In this document: positions 54,970 to 64,000 of the stretch, piece after piece | Position numbering within the stretch: position 1 is the stretch's first letter | Layout of the letters: every line of letters begins with the position of its first letter | From: a virus | Reading direction: 5' to 3' (one strand) | Virus record (IMG/VR): IMGVR_UViG_3300037782_000115 | Coordinates: 32,001-96,000 of that record | DNA length: 64,000 nucleotides | Notes under the pieces: model-generated | Seen by the model: only the letters and a program-made list of their open reading frames with translations | The model's database searches: none | Told to the model about the DNA's origin: nothing | Position numbers and translations under genes: made by a program

Positions 54970-55788
54970 ATGCAAAGGCACGTCACGTGGTTCTACGACA
55001 CGGTACCGTTCTACAAAACAACGGTCGGCAACGCTCGGTGTGTCTATGGACTCCGTGCTGACGTCCGACACAGGACCGACCCGCTGAACCTCATGCATGA
55101 CCAAAACGCGCTGATCTCGGCGATGGCGATGATCGCGCTCCTGCCAGACACAACCTTCTGTCTGCACACAGCACACCCGGACCGGCTTGAGGCCATGATG
55201 ACCGCGGCCGATTTCCAGCACAAGCTTTTGGTCGCATCGAGTGCGCATGTAGAAAATGCACCGTGTCTGCTGCCGAGGCAGTGCCGTCTGATTGAACAAC
55301 TATCGCACGGATCCACCTATCACGGTCTCCCAGGAAGCAGCCCAGACTCGGCCGTGCCCGGATTCTTGCCCCTCCCAAACCTGATGCTCGGCGTTGAAAT
55401 CGATGACGACGAGGAAATGGGTGCGGCGAGAGTGAGCAGCCTGTGCCGTACTCCGGCGTCGTGCCGCTACTTGCTGGTTTACAAAGACACGGGGCCGCTC
55501 TGCCAGGCCAGGCGAGTCGGCGAAGAAACACTGGTTTCATACGCATTCACCGAAGGAACCGGCGGTTCGCTACCAAACCTGCACGCCGTCGGCGTGGTTG
55601 GCGGCGCAATGGACCTGGACAGATACAAGGCGTGGGAACAAGCCATGCGCAACACGGGCGCGGTCCTGCTGGACTGTGCAGAGCACGTTTTTGGAGAGCC
55701 GCACACCAGCGGCAGAGGGGAAACGAACAATGGAAAGACTCCCAAGACAGCTGCCGATGAGTCAGAGGCAGAAGTACGCAGAGATTGA
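54970..55788 (+). CDS. Divergent Gp37/Gp68 (DUF5131)-like protein
   Basis: TFCLHTAHPDRL, PLPNLMLGVEI, RVSSLCRTPASCRYL; GGAGG RBS. Confidence 0.6.
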   Translation: MQRHVTWFYDTVPFYKTTVGNARCVYGLRADVRHRTDPLNLMHDQNALISAMAMIALLPDTTFCLHTAHPDRLEAMMTAADFQHKLLVASSAHVENAPCLLPRQCRLIEQLSHGSTYHGLPGSSPDSAVPGFLPLPNLMLGVEIDDDEEMGAARVSSLCRTPASCRYLLVYKDTGPLCQARRVGEETLVSYAFTEGTGGSLPNLHAVGVVGGAMDLDRYKAWEQAMRNTGAVLLDCAEHVFGEPHTSGRGETNNGKTPKTAADESEAEVRRD

Positions 55789-56104
55789 GGAGCTCGTTCT
55801 CGAATACTTCGGCGTGAGCGCGGAGGTGTTCTCGAGCAGAACCCGCGGCAAGCGCGAGGTTGCGGCCAGGCGGATGGTCGCAGAACTCAGCCGCAAAAGA
55901 GCTAAAATTGCCTACCCCAAGCTTTCCAGTCTTATGTCCAGAAACCACTCGTCTGTGATCACCAGCAGGAACGCGTTGGCGGAACTGGTGAAAAAGAAGG
56001 CCAAAATGGACATAGGGCACGAGTCAGACGGATTGACGTGGCTGGAAGTGTACTTTGTCCTTGAGGCCGAGTATGAGAGGCGAACGGGTGATACAGATAA
56101 GTAG
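55730..56104 (+). CDS. Stand-alone DnaA domain-IV (Bac_DnaA_C)-like HTH protein
   Basis: IEELVLEYFGVSAEVFSSRTR...VAARRMVAELSR...YPKLSSLMSRNHSSVI. Confidence 0.85.
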   Translation: MERLPRQLPMSQRQKYAEIEELVLEYFGVSAEVFSSRTRGKREVAARRMVAELSRKRAKIAYPKLSSLMSRNHSSVITSRNALAELVKKKAKMDIGHESDGLTWLEVYFVLEAEYERRTGDTDK

Positions 56105-56639
56105 GCCGACGCCGAAAGCAGCGCACATGAAGGCAAGTCTCTCACAACAAGCGGTGAACACGTCCATCATGTCAATCGGCATAAGGTTAGGCAAATCACT
56201 CGGAGCCGCCGCGGCTAGGCATGTCGACTGCCACCTCATGCGCGAGCTCAACGTCCTCCCGAGATACAGAGACACCGAGGACGCACTAGACCTGCTTGCA
56301 AAGAAGATACTTCGGGATGAGTACGAGGCCGAGGTCATCCCCAGGATGTACGAGGCATCACACGAGACCGATGCGTACTCGAAGAAGACAATCGCAGGGA
56401 CTATCACTTCCGAATCAGTGAGCGACAGAAAATCCCGGGAGGCGGCCAGGGAAGGCCTCCTGTCCGAGATCGCGATGTACAAACACTACGCGAGACAGAA
56501 AGATGAGACGATTCTGAAAAAGAAGATCCATGTCGTAAAAGCCAGAAAAGAGTTGTGGCGAACCTGTCCGAAGGTTCCGAAGCAGTTCCAATACGGCGGT
56601 GTGCCGGAGGTGTGCATGCCACTCAGGAGATCGGTCTAG
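56055..56639 (+). CDS. Hypothetical protein (start uncertain, probably 56088 or 56127)
   Basis: Long ORF in operon context. Confidence 0.55.
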   Translation: MSLRPSMRGERVIQISRPTPKAAHMKASLSQQAVNTSIMSIGIRLGKSLGAAAARHVDCHLMRELNVLPRYRDTEDALDLLAKKILRDEYEAEVIPRMYEASHETDAYSKKTIAGTITSESVSDRKSREAAREGLLSEIAMYKHYARQKDETILKKKIHVVKARKELWRTCPKVPKQFQYGGVPEVCMPLRRSV

Positions 56640-56679
56640 GCCCGCGTCTAATATCGGTGACCCAAGACGGAGAGACCGA

Positions 56680-58203
56680 ATGGCCAGCACCGGCGGAAAG
56701 ACAATGCTCGGGTTCACCAGAAGCGGACTGGCGAGCCATCTCAATACCGGCTATGCCCGGGTCCTCTTCGTGGGCGACCAAACAACAGACCCGGACTTTG
56801 GCGATCTTTCGACCAACGGACAGGCTCACGGCCTGGCAAAGATGATCTGGAGCCGGTTTCGGCCCACCGAGGTGGTCGGCCACTGCTTCTGGCACAGCAG
56901 CGGCAACGTCGGCAGCGACGGAAATCTCATGATCACCGGATCGCCGCCATCATCGACAGCCACAATCAGAAGAGGAAACGGGTCGGATATCACTGGTCCG
57001 TACACGGCCAACGAGACCTTTAGCAAGGGCGGCAGGAGCTTTGCGCCTGGCAGCTTGTCGGATAGATGGATCAACGGGTCGGCCTTCACAAGCACGAACA
57101 TGGGTGGGCCGGCGCTAGACGAGAGCTACCCGGCCACGATGGACAAGTCGTGGTTCGACCGTGTCGACGTGAATGTCAGCTTCGGTCTCTGGAGAGAAGC
57201 TGATGGCAGCCCCAACGTCGACATTCGGGCCGCGAGAAAGAACGACGCCCTGACGGCGACCTATGGGACCGTGCTGCTAGATGGGGCGAACCTGACCCAG
57301 AACCAGGGCCAGGTCCTCGTGACGCTGAACAAGACGATTCCTGGAGAGATCGGCACCTCTGATAAGAAGTGGCCATATCTCAACATGATCACGATCGGCG
57401 CGCAGGCACAAAAGAGTGTGATCATGACCGCCTGCCGGATGTGGAAGGCCGGCGCCATCACGTCTGGTATCGAAACCAGCTTCTTCGGCGGTCCGGGCTA
57501 CCCACCAGAGTCGTTCCTTGACGAGACAGACCCAGCCAGGGAGCTTATGGGAGTTACCAACCCCATCACAGATGGGTACGCCCACTGCAACGACACACAC
57601 CTCGCGCCGTTCCTGTCGGTGTACGGCTGGCCAACGGTTCTCTGGATCCGCTTGGGTCACAACTCGCCGAATGCGGCAAGATCAAAGGCCGCGGCACTCA
57701 AAGAGACCTACCAGCGGATCGTCGAGCGGTTCGCCGCGGCCTACCGGGCCAACGGCAAAGACATCCCGTGGTTCGTGCTCGAGACGCCATACGCCTGTCC
57801 CGCGCTGTCCATCGACCAGCACGATGCCTATCTCTCGGTGGTCGTCAACCTGCACAACAACGGGACGCCCGGCCACGATGCGCCGCCCGGCTCGCCATAC
57901 TCCACATACCCACCTGTGCCATCGAGCAAGATCGCGATCATCAACCGGAGACAGATACTGGTTGATGATGGCGCGAGGCCTGGCGTCTGGGACGCCAACG
58001 GCGTCTTTATCGCGAACGGCAGCGGGGGAACCGGCCTGGTCAACACAACCCAGAACTCGCTGTCTGGGGCGGTAGCCCAAGAGGACCTTCTGATCAGCCT
58101 TCTCGAAAACCCGGTGGTAGACACAAAGCCGTTCACGGGTGTCGCTGACATCACTGATTCGCCAGAGGCCAAACACCGTCTGAATGTGACCGGCAAAAGG
58201 TAG
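56680..58203 (+). CDS. SGNH/GDSL-hydrolase-fold virion-like protein
   Basis: VLFVGDQTT (block I-like), PTVLWIRLGHN (block III-like); GGAG RBS. Confidence 0.55.
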   Translation: MASTGGKTMLGFTRSGLASHLNTGYARVLFVGDQTTDPDFGDLSTNGQAHGLAKMIWSRFRPTEVVGHCFWHSSGNVGSDGNLMITGSPPSSTATIRRGNGSDITGPYTANETFSKGGRSFAPGSLSDRWINGSAFTSTNMGGPALDESYPATMDKSWFDRVDVNVSFGLWREADGSPNVDIRAARKNDALTATYGTVLLDGANLTQNQGQVLVTLNKTIPGEIGTSDKKWPYLNMITIGAQAQKSVIMTACRMWKAGAITSGIETSFFGGPGYPPESFLDETDPARELMGVTNPITDGYAHCNDTHLAPFLSVYGWPTVLWIRLGHNSPNAARSKAAALKETYQRIVERFAAAYRANGKDIPWFVLETPYACPALSIDQHDAYLSVVVNLHNNGTPGHDAPPGSPYSTYPPVPSSKIAIINRRQILVDDGARPGVWDANGVFIANGSGGTGLVNTTQNSLSGAVAQEDLLISLLENPVVDTKPFTGVADITDSPEAKHRLNVTGKR

Positions 58204-58210
58204 TCCCGAC

Positions 58211-59623
58211 GTGCCACCAAGAAGCGTCTATAGGCCCATTGTGAAGATACGGCTCGCCGGCCTGGTCGACGATGCCGACTCTGTCATTGAGAGCGAGATC
58301 ACCGATGGCAGCGTGCTGCAACGGAGCGGCAACGCCATTGTAGGAGTGAACCCGAACACCCTCTACACGACGCCGTTGTATGACGACGGCGGCCTGGAGA
58401 GCGACGGCGGCGAAATACGACTGTCTGGGGCGGCGGACCTAAGCATCGTCACCGATGACGGCGTGTTCGAGTTCGCCGGCACAGACACAGGAAACGGCGT
58501 TGAGTGTGCCTACGCATTTGTTGGCAACGACGGGACCACGTCCGACACAGCGATCTTCGCCCAGGTCGACAACCAGGCAACGCCTGCGATCTCACAAGAC
58601 GCCGACGGCCTCACCATCATCCAGTCGGCCAGCGGGGAGACGATTCATATCATCACCAGCGGCTCCGCCGGCATCCATATCGGGCAGACCGCATCACCGA
58701 TCAGCCCGACAGGAGTTGGGTCGGTGGTAATCGGCGGCAAAGACGGAACCGGCGTGATTACAGCGAGTGGTGCGTACAGCCTTGTCATCGGCGCCGCCGT
58801 GTCGACCGGCGAACTGATCGCAGACGGCGTCTACGCGGCGTATGTGCGAGGGCTCGCCTTGGCCGGTGGTGTCATCCAGAGTTCGGGATATGGCAGCTCG
58901 GCATCCGGCTATGCGATCCTTGGCACCTCATCGATTACTGCGTCCGGGGCGGGCTCAGACTGCGGTGGCGTCGCGGGCTCAACGGCGCCATCGACAATGG
59001 TCACCTCGGGAGCGGGATCGTTTGCCAGGGGGGCGGGGCACAGTGTCGCCGGGGATTACGGCGCCGCTGTAGGGCTATCAAACACGATCAGTGCGGCCGG
59101 CGATTCGGGGTTCGCCGCCGGTTCAGGAAACAGCGTCACAGCAGACTCGGCAGCGGCGATCGGCAAAGAGGCGTCTGCCAGGCTCCCGGGCGCTGTCGCC
59201 GAGGCGTCTGGGTCAAACGCTGCGCCTGGAGACGCCCAGGGCCTGCGCGTCAGCCTACTCGCATCGACGACCGACGCGACTCCCACAGAAATGCTGATCG
59301 ACGGAAGCGACCGAATCGCCATCCTTGCAAACAGCACGGTCGTGTTTAAGATCACAGTTGTCGCACAAGAGCAGGCCGGGGGCACTGAGAGGGCTGCCTA
59401 CACACTCAAGGGGGCGATATACCGAGATGTCACGGCGGCAAGCACAACGATCGGCGGCAGCGTGGATAAAACGGTCGTCTTCGAGACAACCGCCGGGTTC
59501 GATGTCTCGGCGACGGCAGACACCACGAACGGTGCGCTGAAGATCGAGGTCACCGGGCTGGCGGCTACGGACGTGTATTGGGTCGCCAGAGTCGAACTTT
59601 CAGAGCTCGTGGCGCCCGCATAA
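58211..59623 (+). CDS. Tail-fibre/adhesin-like protein
   Basis: G/S/A-rich YadA-head-like repeats; C-terminal TTDATPTE...LKIEVTG..ATDVYWVARVEL domain. Confidence 0.75.
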   Translation: MPPRSVYRPIVKIRLAGLVDDADSVIESEITDGSVLQRSGNAIVGVNPNTLYTTPLYDDGGLESDGGEIRLSGAADLSIVTDDGVFEFAGTDTGNGVECAYAFVGNDGTTSDTAIFAQVDNQATPAISQDADGLTIIQSASGETIHIITSGSAGIHIGQTASPISPTGVGSVVIGGKDGTGVITASGAYSLVIGAAVSTGELIADGVYAAYVRGLALAGGVIQSSGYGSSASGYAILGTSSITASGAGSDCGGVAGSTAPSTMVTSGAGSFARGAGHSVAGDYGAAVGLSNTISAAGDSGFAAGSGNSVTADSAAAIGKEASARLPGAVAEASGSNAAPGDAQGLRVSLLASTTDATPTEMLIDGSDRIAILANSTVVFKITVVAQEQAGGTERAAYTLKGAIYRDVTAASTTIGGSVDKTVVFETTAGFDVSATADTTNGALKIEVTGLAATDVYWVARVELSELVAPA

Positions 59624-59645
59624 AGCCCGACCGGGTCTCGCCGGG

Positions 59646-59676
59646 TTGACATAACCAGTATGGCGGCGGTATCAAT
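59646..59676 (+). promoter_or_regulatory. Putative promoter for the ssb-terminase operon
   Basis: TTGACA-18-TATCAAT. Confidence 0.45.
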
Positions 59677-60107
59677 TGTGCGTGAGACTCGGCAGCATCA
59701 ACAGCGTGACCATGATGGGCAGGATTGCCAAGGACATCGCCACGCACACGCCGGGGGTCAATCGCCAGCTACTCGCCAAGTCCAGCATCGCGGTCAACAC
59801 AAGAATCAAATCACCAGCCGGCGAGGAGCGGGTTGAGACATGCTTTCTTGAATTCGAGGCGTGGGGCGATCTTGCCAGGGCGCTGTACAACGGGTTCGAG
59901 AAGGGCGACCCAATTGTACTGATAGGACGTCTCAAGCAGTATCAATACGAAGACAAACGAACGTCGACCACTGCGACGAAGCACGTCTTGCGCGTGGAGT
60001 CGTTCCAGAATATCAAAGGCGCAGCCAATGAGCCGAACAACGGCGACACCGCTCCAGAAAGCTTATTTCAGATCCCAAGCGAGACTGAGGAGGAGGGCGA
60101 GGGTTGA
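59676..60107 (+). CDS. ssb: Single-stranded DNA-binding protein
   Basis: INSVTMMGRI, SIAVN, ETCFLEFEAWG.LA, KGDPIVLIGRLKQ; acidic tail. Confidence 0.92.
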   Translation: MCVRLGSINSVTMMGRIAKDIATHTPGVNRQLLAKSSIAVNTRIKSPAGEERVETCFLEFEAWGDLARALYNGFEKGDPIVLIGRLKQYQYEDKRTSTTATKHVLRVESFQNIKGAANEPNNGDTAPESLFQIPSETEEEGEG

Positions 60108-60330
60108 GGCAAGACTCGGCGGCTGGCTGGTTGGCTGGACGATAATCACGGTCGCGGCGTACGCGGTATGGGTATTCGTGGACACGGTCGAGATGTACGT
60201 GCCACTCATCGCCAGCGCCTTTCACCTCATGCTGTATCTAGCTCTCCTGCTGACGAACCTGTTGAGGCACGCAGAGAGGCAAAGGCTGCGAGAACTCGAC
60301 GCTCGCATATCCGAGGGCGACAATGGATAA
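60104..60330 (+). CDS. Small two-TM membrane protein
   Basis: Two hydrophobic helices; TTG start overlapping the ssb stop. Confidence 0.5.
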
Positions 60331-61006
60331 CGACAGGGCGACAACCGTCTACATGAGCCCGCACAAGTTGTGTGTGCACCCAAAGAACCCGAACGAGATG
60401 ACCGACGAGGTCTATGAGAAGCTGCTCCGAAACATCAAAACAACAAAGCGGATGCCTCCGATAATCGCCAGAAGCCTCGAGTTGACCGAGGACTTCATTG
60501 AAGAACGCGACGCCGGTCTGATCCAAATACTCGACGGGGCACACCGACGGCGCGTGTCGATAGATATTGAAGAGGAAGAGGTCGAGGTCCGCGTGTGGTC
60601 CGGTGTGACTGATGTCCAGGCGTACCGGTATCTGTTGACACTCAACCACGGCGGCAAGGACAACCGAAAGAAGAGACACGAGCTTATCACCAGCTTGCTC
60701 GGTGTCGAGAACGATCCGAGCACTCTCGCCTTGACACTGCCTGAAACAGAAGCACAGATCGACGCGATTATCAGCGAGACCAATCGCGAGGACATCGAGG
60801 ACGCTAGTGAGAGGGCCAGGGAGATCACCGAGCGAGAGCCGGTTACTTTCTTCATGCTGAAACACCAGTCTGCCACGCTGCGAAAGGCGATCAAGGCGGC
60901 GATGGCGTCGATGGACAGCGAGCACCAGGAGGTAGACTGTGAAGAAGGTGAGGCGCTTATGCGTATCGCCGGCGTCTATTTGGAGAGCACCGGAGACGAT
61001 AGTTGA
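60323..61006 (+). CDS. ParB/Srx N-terminal-domain protein
   Basis: HPKNPNEM, PIIAR, QILDGAHRRR, LTLN. Confidence 0.88.
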   Translation: MDNDRATTVYMSPHKLCVHPKNPNEMTDEVYEKLLRNIKTTKRMPPIIARSLELTEDFIEERDAGLIQILDGAHRRRVSIDIEEEEVEVRVWSGVTDVQAYRYLLTLNHGGKDNRKKRHELITSLLGVENDPSTLALTLPETEAQIDAIISETNREDIEDASERAREITEREPVTFFMLKHQSATLRKAIKAAMASMDSEHQEVDCEEGEALMRIAGVYLESTGDDS

Positions 61007-61773
61007 CCGACAGCCTGCTGAACATCGAAGATGATACGGAGCAGCAGCGGGAGAAGTCCGCGCTTACCGATCGGGAGTGGTCGCTAATCAATAGCCTGAG
61101 CGAAGTCTGCATGATTCTCGCACAGGAGCCGACGATCGACAAGGCGATCGAGTCGGTCGAAGACGCGCTTGTGGTGTCGACTGCGGAGGCCCGCCGATGG
61201 ATCGCCAAGGCCCAGGAGTACATGGCGACCGGCTGTGTGAACAATGTGGCACAAGCCAAGCAAATGTATCAGCTTAGGCTCGAGCACATCTACAGCGTGG
61301 CAATCAAAAACGCCGTCACAGACGACATTGAGGTCACGCAGAAGCCGGTCAAGATCGTTGACGACACGGCGGCTGGCGCAGGAAAGACCAAAGTCGTCTA
61401 CCAGTCGATCACGAAGGTGAAAAAGAACACTCTCAACCCGGCAGCCCTATCGATCGCATTCAAGGTGCTTCGAGAGCAGGCCAGCCTCAATGGCCTGCGT
61501 CCAAAGGAGTCCCGCGGCCCGGTGCCAAGCGGCAACGTCAACGTCCAGATTAACCTCGGCGAAGAATCGGCAAGGGTGGTATCGATGTCCACCCAGGACC
61601 TGGCAAGCATGGTCGGCGCGGAGTACGTGGCAAACGAGGCACCAGGAGATGGCCAAGAACCCAGACCAGAAATACTTCCGAACGCCACTGGAGAAGAAGA
61701 AGGCACCAAAGCCGCTGAGCAAGGTGGGGAAGACCCAGAGACTCCAGATAGGTCGGGCGATGGCGCAGGCTGA
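61003..61773 (+). CDS. Probable terminase small subunit
   Basis: Position directly before TerL; helical N-terminus; EQASLNGL and NVNVQINL. Confidence 0.6.
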   Translation: MTDSLLNIEDDTEQQREKSALTDREWSLINSLSEVCMILAQEPTIDKAIESVEDALVVSTAEARRWIAKAQEYMATGCVNNVAQAKQMYQLRLEHIYSVAIKNAVTDDIEVTQKPVKIVDDTAAGAGKTKVVYQSITKVKKNTLNPAALSIAFKVLREQASLNGLRPKESRGPVPSGNVNVQINLGEESARVVSMSTQDLASMVGAEYVANEAPGDGQEPRPEILPNATGEEEGTKAAEQGGEDPETPDRSGDGAG

Positions 61774-63652
61774 GGAAGAGGTCAGCACGCCGGCCGGCAG
61801 CGAGATGGTCACCATTCAGATCAAGGGTGCCGACGGCAAGCCGGTCCGGGTCAAGATGCAGCGCCGCGAGCTCGTGCGCAGGGCGATGTCGACCCGTGTC
61901 GCGGAGCAGACGATCTATCTGGCCAAGCACGTCCACATCACAGAGAAGGGCAAGGGGATCAAGCTCGACGCGCAGTGGGCCAGGATCTACGCCGACCCGT
62001 CGACCGATATGCGCATCATCTCGCCCGCCCAGCGAGGGAAGACGACCTACCAGGTTGTCAAGACCATGGCCCAGCTCTCACTCGGCATGTCCGTCGGCTG
62101 GGTCATGCCCAAATACAACAAGATCCAGGAGTTGGTCAACGGCAAGATTAACCCGACCATCAGAAACACGCCGTTCTACGCGGAAATGCAGCGGGACTCG
62201 AGTGGTGTCGATCAGATTCAGTTCAAGACATTCGGCAAGTACGGCAGGCTCTATCTTGTGACCGCGAACTCAGAGGATGATCTGACCTCGTTCTCGGCCG
62301 ATGCGATGCACGTCGACGAGAGAGACTTCTGCGACAGAAACCTATTGCCGATGTATACGTCGCGCATGAACGCGAGTGACTACAGGCTCGCCGACGAGAT
62401 CTCGACACCAACCGTTCCCGGGGCCGAGCACATTCGGGGCCAGCGTGGCAACGACAACATCCATACCGAATTCCTCTGCGGCGATCAGCACAGATATTGG
62501 TCGAGGTGCCCCTATTGCCAGACCGAGCAAATCCTCGATTGGTATGAAAACGTGGTCAAGATCGAGACCGACGACTCGGGCCGGATCATCGATTTCGGCG
62601 TAAGGGACCAGGACTGGTCTCCGGGGGCGCAGAACGACGCCCGCGTGTGCTGCAAGAGTTGCGAGCGGCCGTTTGACCGTCTCCGGGAGGGCAGGTGGAT
62701 CGCGCACAAGCCGGGAAGGCGGGTGCGAAGCTATTGGGTCGAGGCCCTGGCAACAGAGGTGGGCCCCAGCATAAGCGAGATGGTCGACCGATTCGGCAAG
62801 GCTCTTGGCAACCCCTCGAAGATGCAGCAGTTCCACAACATGGACCTGGGGCGGCCCTATGCGGGTGGCATGCTCGCATTCACAAGAGACATGTTCATCA
62901 GGTGCTCCGAGAATTCGCACTGGATGATGACAAGCTCAGACGGGCCGTGCACGATCGGCATCGATGTCAACATGCCGTGGCTAGACATCCAGATCAGCCG
63001 GTGGAAGGCCGGCAGGCAGATCAAGGCGTGGGCGGGCCGGATCCAGGGTGACGAGACCCAGATTCTCGCCCTCTGCAAGAAGTTTGGCGTGGTGGGCGGC
63101 ATCATCGACAATCAGCCCGAGGCGAGGTTTGCCACCAAGACGCAGGAACTGCTTAGGGAGAACGGCATTTCGCTCGTGAGGTGCAAGTACGCCTCCAGCG
63201 ACCAGCTGCGGATGGTGGTGGTGTCGGTTCCTGGTGAGAACCCAGCGATCGACCCGCCGCGTCTAATCACAGTGAACAGAACGAACGCCATCGATGACCT
63301 CTTCGAGTCCATGCTGAAAAAGGACGTGGTATGGTTCCGTGATTGGGAGAACACGCTCGACGGCGCGATGGTGCAGGAGTTCCTTGTCCCACAAAGGAAG
63401 CTACTTACCAGCGATGCCGGCAACGACCGGTATTCATGGGAGGGCAAGCCGGACCACCAGATGCACGCGGCGGTGTACGACCTGCTGGCCGGCAGCGTGC
63501 TTGAGATGGGCGTGGTCCGCGACTATTCGGGCGTTATGCCCGTAGTGGGAAGGCAACTAAGTGGTGGCGGCAGTATCATGCCGAAGGAGCCCGTCAACGA
63601 GAAGGGCAAGAATGTCCAGAAGAGCGACTCGGTGATGATCTTTAGGGGTTAA
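61649..63652 (+). CDS. terL: Terminase large subunit, GpA-like
   Basis: SPAQRGKT, HVDERD, ISTPT, CPYC...CKSC, FHNMDLGRPY, IGIDV, DHQMHA; AGGAG RBS. Confidence 0.93.
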   Translation: MAKNPDQKYFRTPLEKKKAPKPLSKVGKTQRLQIGRAMAQAEEEVSTPAGSEMVTIQIKGADGKPVRVKMQRRELVRRAMSTRVAEQTIYLAKHVHITEKGKGIKLDAQWARIYADPSTDMRIISPAQRGKTTYQVVKTMAQLSLGMSVGWVMPKYNKIQELVNGKINPTIRNTPFYAEMQRDSSGVDQIQFKTFGKYGRLYLVTANSEDDLTSFSADAMHVDERDFCDRNLLPMYTSRMNASDYRLADEISTPTVPGAEHIRGQRGNDNIHTEFLCGDQHRYWSRCPYCQTEQILDWYENVVKIETDDSGRIIDFGVRDQDWSPGAQNDARVCCKSCERPFDRLREGRWIAHKPGRRVRSYWVEALATEVGPSISEMVDRFGKALGNPSKMQQFHNMDLGRPYAGGMLAFTRDMFIRCSENSHWMMTSSDGPCTIGIDVNMPWLDIQISRWKAGRQIKAWAGRIQGDETQILALCKKFGVVGGIIDNQPEARFATKTQELLRENGISLVRCKYASSDQLRMVVVSVPGENPAIDPPRLITVNRTNAIDDLFESMLKKDVVWFRDWENTLDGAMVQEFLVPQRKLLTSDAGNDRYSWEGKPDHQMHAAVYDLLAGSVLEMGVVRDYSGVMPVVGRQLSGGGSIMPKEPVNEKGKNVQKSDSVMIFRG

Positions 63653-63654
63653 AA

Positions 63655-64000
63655 ATGGCTGGCATATTGAGTTTTTCAGGGATCGCACAGATCACCCGCC
63701 AAATGGGTGACACGATTGCCTCTCGCCCTGGGATGCTGGTCGAAGCCAACCCAAGAATCATCAAGGAGGGCGAACCGGCTGGGACCGGCTTCGGCGGCGA
63801 CCAGTTCTATCGAAAGTGGCTCGACTCGACCCGGGTGCCCGGCAAACGCGTCAACGAGATGAAGTATTACGACGCGCTCGAGACCGAGATCCCGGACGTC
63901 CGTAAAGCCCTCGACGCGTTCGCGACGATGGCGGTGACCGGGAACCTCGCCGGCGGCGGGCGATCTGGATACTCGATCCGACCAACACTCGAGGAATCGC
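63655..64000 (+). CDS. Portal protein, N-terminal part (truncated by the window)
   Basis: Follows TerL; YDALETEIPDVRKALDAFA resembles the T4 gp20-type Y..M...PEV..A.D motif. Confidence 0.7.
   Translation, partial: MAGILSFSGIAQITRQMGDTIASRPGMLVEANPRIIKEGEPAGTGFGGDQFYRKWLDSTRVPGKRVNEMKYYDALETEIPDVRKALDAFATMAVTGNLAGGGRSGYSIRPTLEES

Noticed and set aside
1-64000. Apparent abundance of CGATCG/GATC (HIP1-like)
   Set aside because: Not quantified; explainable by ATC/GAT codon use in GC-rich DNA; needs a Markov-model test
1-64000. Alternative genetic code or stop-codon recoding
   Set aside because: Known genes are intact in the standard code and end with TAA, TAG and TGA

Overview
GC-rich 64-kb segment of a large dsDNA tailed phage, prophage or phage-plasmid; no host housekeeping genes are evident. 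Four blocks. (1) 1-13.6 kb, + strand: HNH, an exported beta-helix protein, a replication module (RHH regulator, DnaG-type primase, DnaB helicase, ECF-sigma-like protein) and a Dam-family methylase. These are followed by a modification cluster in which a split ABC-ATPase/GNAT pair brackets three glycosyltransferase-like genes, a SAM methyltransferase and a sulfotransferase-like gene. (2) 13.6-39.1 kb, - strand, 'early/accessory' arm: ASCH, SNF2-like helicase with an N6-MTase, HU-like, serine recombinase, DciA-like, C2H2 fingers, AAA/vWA-peptidase trio and many small ORFs, punctuated by GNRA-capped hairpins. (3) 36.5-39.9 kb divergent control region: two perfect parS-type palindromes, oriented repeat arrays and a sharp strand-composition switch. 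(4) 39.9-64 kb, + strand: a tandem family of winged-helix proteins with C-terminal membrane anchors, two large structured non-coding regions (one containing a tRNA-shaped RNA with a greatly enlarged anticodon arm), C5 DNA methylase, initiator tRNA-Met, a DnaA domain-IV-only protein, tail-fibre-like genes, SSB, ParB-like, small and large terminase, and the start of the portal. All calls come from motif recognition by eye; no searches were run. Many starts were moved to the RBS-supported codon.
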